This document shows positions 8,407 to 16,329 of a stretch of 28,396 nucleotides of DNA, in pieces. Every line of letters starts with the position of its first letter. Within the stretch, counting starts at the first letter, position 1. The notes below the pieces were generated by a model that ran no database searches, was not told the DNA's origin, and was given only the letters and a program-made list of their open reading frames with translations. This stretch comes from a virus (Duplodnaviria > Caudoviricetes): positions 1 through 28,396 of IMG/VR virus record IMGVR_UViG_3300049924_000292; one strand, written 5' to 3'. Both the position numbers and the translations under genes were made by a program.

Positions 8407-8439
8407 TTGACATTAATTAACATATGATATACATATTAT

Positions 8440-8532
8440 AAAAGTATTATTACAAATGTGTAGTTCATATTTTCCTTTGTGATATTATTAATGTTTCATC
8501 CCCTTAAAGAAATTTAAGGGGATGTTTTTTTT
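8440..8532 (+). ncRNA. Candidate small RNA between a TTGACA promoter-like site and the terminator
   Basis: TTGACA at 8407 and no sizeable + strand ORF before the terminator at 8497-8532. Contains the anti-RBS sequence GTTCATATTTTCCTTT. Ends are approximate. Confidence 0.35.
8497..8532 (+). terminator. Strong Rho-independent terminator at the junction of the two arms
   Basis: CATCCCCTTAAA-GAAA-TTTAAGGGGATG (12-bp stem, GNRA loop) followed by T8. Confidence 0.88.
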
Positions 8533-8534
8533 GA

Positions 8535-8771
8535 TTACTTGCCAAGCCTCTTCTTTAGTCTTCCATGCAAGACTCCGATCACACCATAAAGAATCACGCC
8601 TTCATTGAAAATTTTAATAATAGAATCATTAAATTGAGCAATTAAAGCTGGCTCTATTTCAGGAACAAGATGTCCTAAGATTAAAGCAATTAAGCTAAGC
8701 TCTGTTTTCTTCCCATTAAATGGAAGGATTGCTAGAATCTTCTCTAAATTCTTCAGAATCAACTTGAACAT
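8535..8771 (-). CDS. Holin-like small membrane protein
   Basis: 78 aa with NGKKT followed by two hydrophobic segments and a basic C-terminus; last gene of the late operon. Confidence 0.55.
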   Translation of the reverse strand: MFKLILKNLEKILAILPFNGKKTELSLIALILGHLVPEIEPALIAQFNDSIIKIFNEGVILYGVIGVLHGRLKKRLGK

Positions 8772-8910
8772 TTTTAATCTCCTTTTCTTTTAAAACATCT
8801 CCAACTAAGCGAGTCGCCTCAACTATCTTTGGAGCTTCTTTCATAAAGAGCGAAGCTATTAAAGCAGCACCCTCTATCACTCTTAATATTAATATAGCTT
8901 CCATATTCAC
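8716..8910 (-). CDS. Small protein with hydrophobic N-terminus (lysis region)
   Basis: Hydrophobic N-terminal helix and acidic tail. The start may be the in-frame ATG two codons downstream. Confidence 0.5.
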   Translation of the reverse strand: MNMEAILILRVIEGAALIASLFMKEAPKIVEATRLVGDVLKEKEIKNVQVDSEEFREDSSNPSI

Positions 8911-8948
8911 CTCACTAAATACCTACCAATGTAGATCTCTTAATTTTA

Positions 8949-9188
8949 TTACTTACTTTTCGATTCGCCAATGCCTCTTTTTATACCCTTAAATTTAATT
9001 AAGTCTATTTCCCTTCCTATGTACCAAATTGCCTTCTGTAGATCTTCTACAGAATCACCTTTTAACCCTTGTCTCCACAGGTACTTAATAGCATTGCCTA
9101 TGTTAAAACTCATATGCTCTACAATATCGATACATTCGACTCCGCTAGGATGAGAATTGTAGTGCTTAGGATTATTAACATTACTCAT
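8949..9188 (-). CDS. DUF3310 family protein
   Basis: VNNPKHY...GVECID...FNIGNAIKYLWR.GLK...EDL.KA.WY. ATG 9188 follows the upstream stop by 1 nt. Confidence 0.88.
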   Translation of the reverse strand: MSNVNNPKHYNSHPSGVECIDIVEHMSFNIGNAIKYLWRQGLKGDSVEDLQKAIWYIGREIDLIKFKGIKRGIGESKSK

Positions 9189-9189
9189 A

Positions 9190-10317
9190 CTATCTTGAGG
9201 TTCCTTGCCTAAATGCAGGATTTGTTGTTCCAAGGACACCATCTACTGTGATAATCTTCTTCTTCCCATTTTGGACAACTTCCTTCCTTCGCTGACCTAG
9301 TACTTCAAATACATTAGTTCCTGCTTGCTCTACCATCTCATATCCATAGATGCCGAAATAATACCGTGTACGACCATCGTTAAAGGCTTGCCCTTCGCTA
9401 CTCTGAAAAGTCTTGCCATTGGCTCTTACTTTAATCCTCTCCCCTGCTCTTGGAAGAATGAATACAGGCTTTAATGCACGAGGTTCTGGGGGAACTTGAT
9501 GTTGGTCTGACTTAGGTTTAACTGTGTACTTGTTAGGTAGTTTTACATTACCCTGTTCAGTTCTGAGAAACGCTTGTGCAATTACTAATTTAGCAACTGG
9601 ATAGGCACGTCTTTGAGGACGAGGGGTTTTATCATTAGCATTTTTTCTTCCATTGTTTTGAGATGTCCAAAAAAAGAAAACATCTGCATCATGGAGTTTG
9701 TTTTTGATAGGAGTAACGAAAACATCAAAACAATCAGTTCCATCAAAACTGAAAGTGTATATTCCTCCGACACGAGGCTTCTCTGCATGACTACCATGAA
9801 CCTCATTTATAATGCGATTAGTCGGAGCTAGGAATGCTCCCTTCCCTGTCCATGGATTATTAACATATTTACATCTTTCAGGGATAACAGCGAGAATCTT
9901 ATCAGCCAATGCTTGTGCATCTCTTGCATTCAATTGATGCTCCGTCGCTCCACTGACATAACATTCTACGCTTGGAAATTTATCTATTGTTCGTGTAACT
10001 CTTTTCGCTTCCTCTACAATCTTAGGAAATACAGAAGTAGGAAATTGATGAGCATCTGACCAACGGAGATTATATCTAACGAGAGGTGTATGCCCTAAAG
10101 CAAGTTTACGCTCAAGTTTTGGAATCGGATCACCGAATAGATCTTTCTGGGTAAATAGACCGATTGCTATTCCACTTGGAATTGCATTTACTGCCGACTG
10201 TTCCCATGCTCCCATTCCTAATGCATCAACTCCCCAATATCTTGGAGCTGCTTGTGTAACGCTTGTCACACAAAATGTAAGTAACATAAAATATAAATAA
10301 GTTGCCTTTATTTTCAT
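9190..10317 (-). CDS. Secreted protein of unknown function (375 aa)
   Basis: Sec-type signal peptide MKIKATYLYFMLLTFCVTSVTQA-A; alternating beta/alpha pattern followed by a beta-rich C-terminal region. Confidence 0.7.
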   Translation of the reverse strand: MKIKATYLYFMLLTFCVTSVTQAAPRYWGVDALGMGAWEQSAVNAIPSGIAIGLFTQKDLFGDPIPKLERKLALGHTPLVRYNLRWSDAHQFPTSVFPKIVEEAKRVTRTIDKFPSVECYVSGATEHQLNARDAQALADKILAVIPERCKYVNNPWTGKGAFLAPTNRIINEVHGSHAEKPRVGGIYTFSFDGTDCFDVFVTPIKNKLHDADVFFFWTSQNNGRKNANDKTPRPQRRAYPVAKLVIAQAFLRTEQGNVKLPNKYTVKPKSDQHQVPPEPRALKPVFILPRAGERIKVRANGKTFQSSEGQAFNDGRTRYYFGIYGYEMVEQAGTNVFEVLGQRRKEVVQNGKKKIITVDGVLGTTNPAFRQGTSR

Positions 10318-10544
10318 AATCCCCCTAATTGTTCATCAAAAATTAATTGTCTTATATGTTCCAAATGTTTTATAACTTCATCCGAAGGATCTCCGTGTTT
10401 TAATATGGAACGTGTATAGCTTAAGATTTCATCTATGCAGGACTCATACGCTCCTAGATTAAGTGTCTTTTTTATGTTGTTTAAAACATCATAATAACCT
10501 TCATCTGGAAGGTTATATTCAATAATTACTTTTGAGATGCTCAT
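10314..10544 (-). CDS. Hypothetical protein (76 aa)
   Basis: 4-nt overlaps with both neighbours; IIEYNLPDE motif. Confidence 0.65.
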   Translation of the reverse strand: MSISKVIIEYNLPDEGYYDVLNNIKKTLNLGAYESCIDEILSYTRSILKHGDPSDEVIKHLEHIRQLIFDEQLGGL

Positions 10545-11017
10545 TCGATATTATATTCCTCGTGAAAACATCCTGTTTTTATTGCATGAATAATTCTATC
10601 ATCTCGACCACTATTAAGACGATTTTTCGGATCTACCTGCTTAGCCCACAACGATTGTCTAAGATGATCAGCCGCCTCTTGCCAAGCATTCTCTTTTATT
10701 GCTTTGATTGTGTTTTTAAACTTACTAAATTTAGACAATCCAAGATTAAAAGTTAATCCTATTAAAGCACACTTTCTGGCTTCAGAGAAGGAATGAAATT
10801 GTTCGCCGAAAAGCTCACAAGTATCCTTAGTTGCCTGATCTAGATCTTCATATAATAAAGCCGTTACTACTTTATCGGATAACTTTAATTCGTGTAACTC
10901 CTTACCGATTAAATGCCCAACTCCAATAGTCCAATATCCAAGCGAGTCTTTGTACGGAGAATATCGAATCCCCTCATCTATTTTAAGAGTTTTTAATGCC
11001 TTATCATTCAAGCTCAT
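10541..11017 (-). CDS. Endolysin, T4-type lysozyme (GH24)
   Basis: DEG.R...YKDSLGYWTIGVGH (E-x8-D-x5-T triad), FNLG, and W..AA..L..S.WAKQ. Confidence 0.92.
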   Translation of the reverse strand: MSLNDKALKTLKIDEGIRYSPYKDSLGYWTIGVGHLIGKELHELKLSDKVVTALLYEDLDQATKDTCELFGEQFHSFSEARKCALIGLTFNLGLSKFSKFKNTIKAIKENAWQEAADHLRQSLWAKQVDPKNRLNSGRDDRIIHAIKTGCFHEEYNIE

Positions 11018-11018
11018 T

Positions 11019-12068
11019 TTAAGTTTTGATAATATAATTAAATACTATATATGGTGGGTTATTCTGCCCTGTTGTACTACTTCCATCTGTCGATGTTGTT
11101 GTTGGCCCACCAGTGCTAGTATTGTTATCGCTCGGCGCACCAGAATTAAACGCACTACTTGCATCCGTTAGAGTGTTACCGCCTAATTCAGTTGAGAATT
11201 GAGAGTCACCAATCAAGGAACCATTACCTACAACCCCTGAAAAGTTAGCATGAGGATGAGCATGATTAGATGTTGAATTGGAAACAGTAATTCCACCAGT
11301 ATCAGTCGAGGCGACTCCATTTGTCATGGATACCCTATTATCGCCCGAAGACGATCCAGCAGCTCCCCTTCTTGGGATATCATGTAAATGCGAACCGCTA
11401 GAAGTAATCTCAATAGTAGCATTAGCATGAGAAGATGAATGCCCATGTCCTGGAACATAGTGAAAATGCGTACTCATTGGATGCTGATGTGCGCCAACTG
11501 AATGCGTATGATTCCCCATCGTGTGCGAATGAGTGGCAATTGCATGAGCATGATTAGGAACAGAGTGTGTATGATCAAAAGATCCTCCAGTCGCCCCCAA
11601 TGTTGCTGTGATACCAGCATCTCCCTTACCGATTGGAAATCTACCTTTTATATTAGGTAATCCAAAAGTGGTACTTCCGTCACCTGAACCATAAGTCGTA
11701 CCGTATACAGCAAATAGAGCTGCGTATGTAGTTCTACTTACATCTACTCCATTTGCTAATAAGTATCCAGATGGCGCAGAAGAACCACCAAATTGCATTA
11801 TTGCGCCTGTTGGAACGCCTGAGTGTAATCCTGTATCTGCAATATGATTATCTATCGCTGTATGGAAACCTAAGTTAGCCCAAGTACCTCCCGACGAACT
11901 ATATTTTTGGAACTTATCAGTACTTGTATTATACCTCTTAGCTTTGTCAGGAATATTAGTATCTGTCGTTCCATCAAACATTGTAACAACAGATGTGATG
12001 ATTGATGACATCAAATTCCAAACTTGAGAATAGAGGCTAGTGTTTTGTGGTGTATTAAAATCTGCCAT
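11019..12068 (-). CDS. Tail fibre protein with phage tail-collar domain and HxH repeats
   Basis: PTGAIMQFGG..APSGYLLANG..VSRTTYAALFA..GTTYG.GDGSTTF.LP..KGRF, tandem HxH motifs and C-terminal PPYIVFNYIIK. Confidence 0.9.
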   Translation of the reverse strand: MADFNTPQNTSLYSQVWNLMSSIITSVVTMFDGTTDTNIPDKAKRYNTSTDKFQKYSSSGGTWANLGFHTAIDNHIADTGLHSGVPTGAIMQFGGSSAPSGYLLANGVDVSRTTYAALFAVYGTTYGSGDGSTTFGLPNIKGRFPIGKGDAGITATLGATGGSFDHTHSVPNHAHAIATHSHTMGNHTHSVGAHQHPMSTHFHYVPGHGHSSSHANATIEITSSGSHLHDIPRRGAAGSSSGDNRVSMTNGVASTDTGGITVSNSTSNHAHPHANFSGVVGNGSLIGDSQFSTELGGNTLTDASSAFNSGAPSDNNTSTGGPTTTSTDGSSTTGQNNPPYIVFNYIIKT

Positions 12069-12070
12069 CG

Positions 12071-12385
12071 TTATTTACCTAATAAAACAATTATCTTATC
12101 TAAAAATTTCGCACCCCCTAAACCCCCTGCGGTACTAAGCAGAAGTAACTTCCAAGTAAATTTAATACCTTCTTTTTCCAAAGTTATAACCTTATCTCTT
12201 AAATCCTCAAGGGCTTCTAAATCTTTTGTTAAAGATTCAATCATCTCATTTAACCGATTAATCTCAATTTTGGATTCGATCAAATGAGAAGATTGTTCTT
12301 TTAACTCTGAGTCATGTTTTTCAAGAACATCTTTTAAATGTTTTTCAAACTGCTCAAAAACCTTTTCAATGAGAAAACTTGTCAC
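12071..12385 (-). CDS. Coiled-coil protein with C-terminal membrane helix (holin-like / XhlA-like architecture)
   Basis: Heptad-rich soluble N-terminus, then FTWKLLLLSTAGGLGGA. GTG start after GAGG. Confidence 0.55.
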   Translation of the reverse strand: MTSFLIEKVFEQFEKHLKDVLEKHDSELKEQSSHLIESKIEINRLNEMIESLTKDLEALEDLRDKVITLEKEGIKFTWKLLLLSTAGGLGGAKFLDKIIVLLGK

Positions 12386-12941
12386 TCAAACCTCTCTTAA
12401 TTAGCTCTAAATAGTCCTCCAATAAATCTTGGCTTACAATCTGAGATATTAGATATAATATCTCGTCTTTCTTTCCCTTAACAGCCGTATAAGTTAATAA
12501 TATATTTTTCTTATTTCCAAGTTTATCAGAACAGGAACTAACTATTTGCCTACTATGCACGTTCTCATCTTTTAGTTCTTTAATCATCTTTTCATTACTA
12601 AAGATAAAGTCATGATCTATTAGCTCTTGCCATCTCATACCATCTTTTAGCTCTTGCCTCGAATACCCCCAAAGCTCTTCGCAAGCAGGGTTAATTTCTA
12701 TGAAATATCCTAACTCACTAATCACGCAAGCAGGAAATGGGGAGTGCCAAAACATTTTAAAAAACCTTTGTTCGGCTTCCTTAAGCTGAGAGATGAGATT
12801 CCCCAATTCCGATGCTTCTTGCAAAATATCCAAGGAATCTGTAGATGCTGATGGCATAATCTGATCTTGAATTAAAGCTCTTAATCTATCACTAGTAGTT
12901 TTAAAGCTAATAAATTCTTTCGTATGTTTTTCCTTTTGCAT
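12366..12941 (-). CDS. Stand-alone PAS-domain protein
   Basis: EAEQRFFKMFWHSPFPACVISELGYFIEINPACEELWGYSRQEL matches the PAS S-box, followed by a PAC-like KLGNKKNILLTYTAVKGKKDEILYLISQI. No output domain. Confidence 0.8.
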   Translation of the reverse strand: MQKEKHTKEFISFKTTSDRLRALIQDQIMPSASTDSLDILQEASELGNLISQLKEAEQRFFKMFWHSPFPACVISELGYFIEINPACEELWGYSRQELKDGMRWQELIDHDFIFSNEKMIKELKDENVHSRQIVSSCSDKLGNKKNILLTYTAVKGKKDEILYLISQIVSQDLLEDYLELIKRGLSDKFSH

Positions 12942-12942
12942 C

Positions 12943-13248
12943 TTAAACTACCCCTCTAACTTGCCAACTAACCTCACCATCCACATAACTTCCATTGTCT
13001 CTTCTAAGAACATAGGCGGTAAACCCCCCATCCTCTTCAGTGCCAAATTCCCAGAGAGCTTCGACATCGTAACTAGCATTCTTCCTTGCGGAAACGACAA
13101 TAGACCTAACGTCGACAAAATCTTTATTAAAAGCAACAAAAGTTCCAGATGAACCGCCTGTAACATTGACAATACCGCCATCCTGTTCCTCTTTAACACT
13201 AAGAGTTACATTTATGTTACTTAAAATCGTAAAAGGGTTATTTGCCAT
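12943..13248 (-). CDS. Small tail-tip-associated beta-rich protein, in frame with the upstream tail-tip gene
   Basis: GTFVAFNKDF...FTAYV...VSWQVRG, an H-type-lectin/gp53-like C-terminal pattern. Confidence 0.65.
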   Translation of the reverse strand: MANNPFTILSNINVTLSVKEEQDGGIVNVTGGSSGTFVAFNKDFVDVRSIVVSARKNASYDVEALWEFGTEEDGGFTAYVLRRDNGSYVDGEVSWQVRGVV

Positions 13249-13251
13249 AAA

Positions 13252-16200
13252 TTAAGCTATTTCAAACACTATTTTCACATATCTAAAGTTAGTTGCAAAA
13301 ACCTGTTGACCTGTAACCATTGTATAAGAGACGTTATCGTTTGAATACCCTACTTGTATCGTTAAATCAGGCGTTCCGTCATAGTCTGCCCTTGTAAAAC
13401 TTAATGTAATTAAAGCAGATGTCAGGGTTGCCCCATAATCCAAGACTCTCTCCCATGATGCAGTTGTTGGAACTGGCTGAATAAATGCCGTTAATCCATC
13501 ATCAATAGCATCCTGAAAATCATCATATGAATTATTAACAAAGTGCTGAGTCCATGTTTCCTCGTCATCTATCGGCATTAGAAGCTGTTCCAATACTTCA
13601 ACGAAATTATCCCCTGTGCCTGTTGACGGATCTATGTATGGAGTTGAGTTATCTGGATCTCCAGTTTCTAGGAGAACGAAGTCTACAGGGCCTCGAACAA
13701 TGGCACTTAAATTATAAGGAGTTCCAATATTTCCAGCCGTATCAACAGCTACCACCCAATAGGTATAAGTACCTCCAGCCATCTCAAATATAGCAGAGAA
13801 CGTACCTTTATGCGTTCCTAGTAAGATACTCGTATCATAATCCGCACCCTTTGAAACTTTGTAGTAATCTATCGATAGGGTATGTATAGAAGGCTCTTCC
13901 CATCGTAATAATACGTTTTGATCAAGTACCTCTACCGTTAAGGCTGTTACCGCAGTTGGAGCAGATACGCCTAACGATACTTCATACGGAGTACCATAAT
14001 TGCCAGCGACATCGATTGCTGTAACCCAGAACTTCCTATTACCACTCCAGAGTATTTTATCTTGATAAGAAAGTCCTTTTACTGTTGATATTAAAGTCCT
14101 GTCGGCATAAACAGTGCTTGGAGAACCGTAAGCAATCTCATAAGAATCAATTGAGAATAATGCATTTGGCTCTAACCATCTCAATAAATAATTAGCTCCA
14201 TTTATTGCAATAGTTGTAACTGGAGCTTCTGGGATCACTATTGAAGAAATAATTGCAGTAGCCTCTGCGCTATAATTTCCGCTTGTATCTACAGCTTTTA
14301 TAAGAAACTTATATGTCTCCGCTAATCTAATATTTGCAGAATAGGTTGTTCCATCAACATCAGTTAGGTATTGAGCTGTTGCCCATACTGCTGAAGAGTT
14401 ACCAAATCTGATCTCGTATTTCTTAACATCTAGATCAGGAACCTTATCCCATGAGAATCTTATCCCAAAAGATTCTATCGAAGCTGCAAAACCAGTTACG
14501 TTACTAGGGGCTTCTGTTTTACCTACTACAAGATAATTTGATTGAGTTGTCCAAGCACCATAAATTTGTAAAGCGTTCCATGCTCTAACTCGAACATCAT
14601 AATTAACGCCGTCTTGAACATCTAATATATGAAAGTTAGTAATATCTCCAGAGATTAGAGGTAATGTTATATAACTTGCATCAGCACTTTTCTTATACTG
14701 TATCTGTATAGTACCACCTGAAGTTACAAAGAAATCTGCTGGCTCATCCCACGATACTTTAATTCTAGTAAAAACAGTTCCATCATTTCTTATATAAAGT
14801 TCATTAGTGCCAGAAGCTAATGCTAATCCTGTAATAGCTGGTACAGATCTTGGGCTTGGAAGGGAAGTATTTGGTGCAATATCGAATCGAGTTTCTTCTC
14901 CATCATTCCAAGCATACATCAACTCCGCTGCTTCCTTTAGAAGCATCTGGACTCTAACGCTTGGTGGATCTCCTTCTAAGATGATAGTAGATTCCTGTAA
15001 CTCGAAAGTCTTATTAGTCCAACCAAAACGAGATATGGTTAAATTAACTATATCCATAGGCTCTACTAAAAGACCTCTGAGGCCAGTTGTTATCTGTACT
15101 GTAATAGACTGCCTATTTCTTTCTAATTCTATTTTAGCTAATCTTTGTGCCATCGAAGCAGATGTCGTGACAGGGAATTGAACGTCTTCCCAAACTCTTT
15201 CGTTCCCATCTTGTTCCATGTAGAAATCATTTTTAACAACAGGAAAATCGACTTCTTCGTAATCTAATTCAGGAGATATAAAGGTTCCCTTTACTCCGTT
15301 AAAACTTTCTTTTCTTGACAGCTTAGTTTGTACTCTTATATCACCAAGAATATCATCTTCAGTTAGAGTAACTGTTGGAGTTCTCCAATCAGCAGCATAA
15401 ATCTTATACTTCCCATTAATGTAGGTATAGTTACCGCCCATTGCAGCAGCTACCGTTTCTAACATATCTTGATAAGAATCTGATGAGTTAAAGACAGCAT
15501 TAACCCGATAGCGAGGCTCTGTCCCCGATATTAGATTAATAGTTTCGTTACATTTATCATAAGCAGCTTCCCATGTGTCCGCATCTATTTTATCCCAAGA
15601 AATACCTTTTCCAATACTTGGATCTGTTAGAATATCTGCCATTACAGCAGCAGGATTATTTGTATAAGCTGTACTCGTACCACTTCCAGGGTGTCTTATT
15701 CTTTTTCCTCTAACTAAGAAGTTAATATCGGGAACACCATCAGGGAATATGATTGCATTCCATTTAAGTTTTAAATAAACGTGTGCCCTATTACTTTGTT
15801 TATGATCTGCTGTCCATTCATTTATTCCGTTAATTGGCATTGCTGCAATTAGATCTGCATTAGCGGCATCAGCAGGGTTACCATGATTCACTGACATAAA
15901 GATCATATCAGTAGCATCTGCCAAGGTTCCATCTACTCTTCGTATAGAAGCCGACCAACCATCAAGACCACTTTGAAATATTACCTCTTCATCGTCAAGA
16001 TAAACCTTCTCGATCTCATCGATCTCATGCCCTGCAACGGTAATAATAAGATGAAGGAATTCATTATTATTTCCACTCTTAGCAGCATAAGTAATAACTC
16101 CACCAACCTTTACTACGCCGTAAATAATCTGCCAGTCAGCAGCAGCTTGAGTGAAGGAAACCTCCTTGCCAGGGGAACGTAAAGCTTTAGAAGCCCGAAT

Positions 16201-16329
16201 CCTTTTCTTGACTCTTTTTACATTTGCAGGAGTCCTTCTTAGCTTAGGATGATTTTTAAAAAAGCGATCTATCTCCGATTTTGTCGGAGCAAATTCCTTT
16301 CTAATTTCTTTTGGTGTTAGAACTGTCAA
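13252..16329 (-). CDS. Tail tip / host-specificity protein (lambda J-like) with Fn3 repeats
   Basis: IIYG.VKVGG, NNPA..MAD.LT and FNGVKGTF; repeated Fn3 ends AWNALQIYG, AVDTSGNYS, AIDVAGNYG, AVDTAGNIG. Located after the tape measure gene. Confidence 0.88.
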   Translation of the reverse strand: MTVLTPKEIRKEFAPTKSEIDRFFKNHPKLRRTPANVKRVKKRIRASKALRSPGKEVSFTQAAADWQIIYGVVKVGGVITYAAKSGNNNEFLHLIITVAGHEIDEIEKVYLDDEEVIFQSGLDGWSASIRRVDGTLADATDMIFMSVNHGNPADAANADLIAAMPINGINEWTADHKQSNRAHVYLKLKWNAIIFPDGVPDINFLVRGKRIRHPGSGTSTAYTNNPAAVMADILTDPSIGKGISWDKIDADTWEAAYDKCNETINLISGTEPRYRVNAVFNSSDSYQDMLETVAAAMGGNYTYINGKYKIYAADWRTPTVTLTEDDILGDIRVQTKLSRKESFNGVKGTFISPELDYEEVDFPVVKNDFYMEQDGNERVWEDVQFPVTTSASMAQRLAKIELERNRQSITVQITTGLRGLLVEPMDIVNLTISRFGWTNKTFELQESTIILEGDPPSVRVQMLLKEAAELMYAWNDGEETRFDIAPNTSLPSPRSVPAITGLALASGTNELYIRNDGTVFTRIKVSWDEPADFFVTSGGTIQIQYKKSADASYITLPLISGDITNFHILDVQDGVNYDVRVRAWNALQIYGAWTTQSNYLVVGKTEAPSNVTGFAASIESFGIRFSWDKVPDLDVKKYEIRFGNSSAVWATAQYLTDVDGTTYSANIRLAETYKFLIKAVDTSGNYSAEATAIISSIVIPEAPVTTIAINGANYLLRWLEPNALFSIDSYEIAYGSPSTVYADRTLISTVKGLSYQDKILWSGNRKFWVTAIDVAGNYGTPYEVSLGVSAPTAVTALTVEVLDQNVLLRWEEPSIHTLSIDYYKVSKGADYDTSILLGTHKGTFSAIFEMAGGTYTYWVVAVDTAGNIGTPYNLSAIVRGPVDFVLLETGDPDNSTPYIDPSTGTGDNFVEVLEQLLMPIDDEETWTQHFVNNSYDDFQDAIDDGLTAFIQPVPTTASWERVLDYGATLTSALITLSFTRADYDGTPDLTIQVGYSNDNVSYTMVTGQQVFATNFRYVKIVFEIA

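Noticed and set aside
8497-8532. Calling the central terminator bidirectional
   Set aside because: The U-tract exists only on the + strand; the - strand reads AAACATTAAT after the stem.
13249-13254. Genome-wide stop-codon reassignment as the cause of the in-frame TAA
   Set aside because: TAA, TAG and TGA all end intact genes elsewhere, and long genes are uninterrupted under the standard bacterial code.
11019-13300. Diversity-generating retroelement or invertible tail-fibre cassette
   Set aside because: No reverse transcriptase, invertase or duplicated template/variable repeat was seen in the window.
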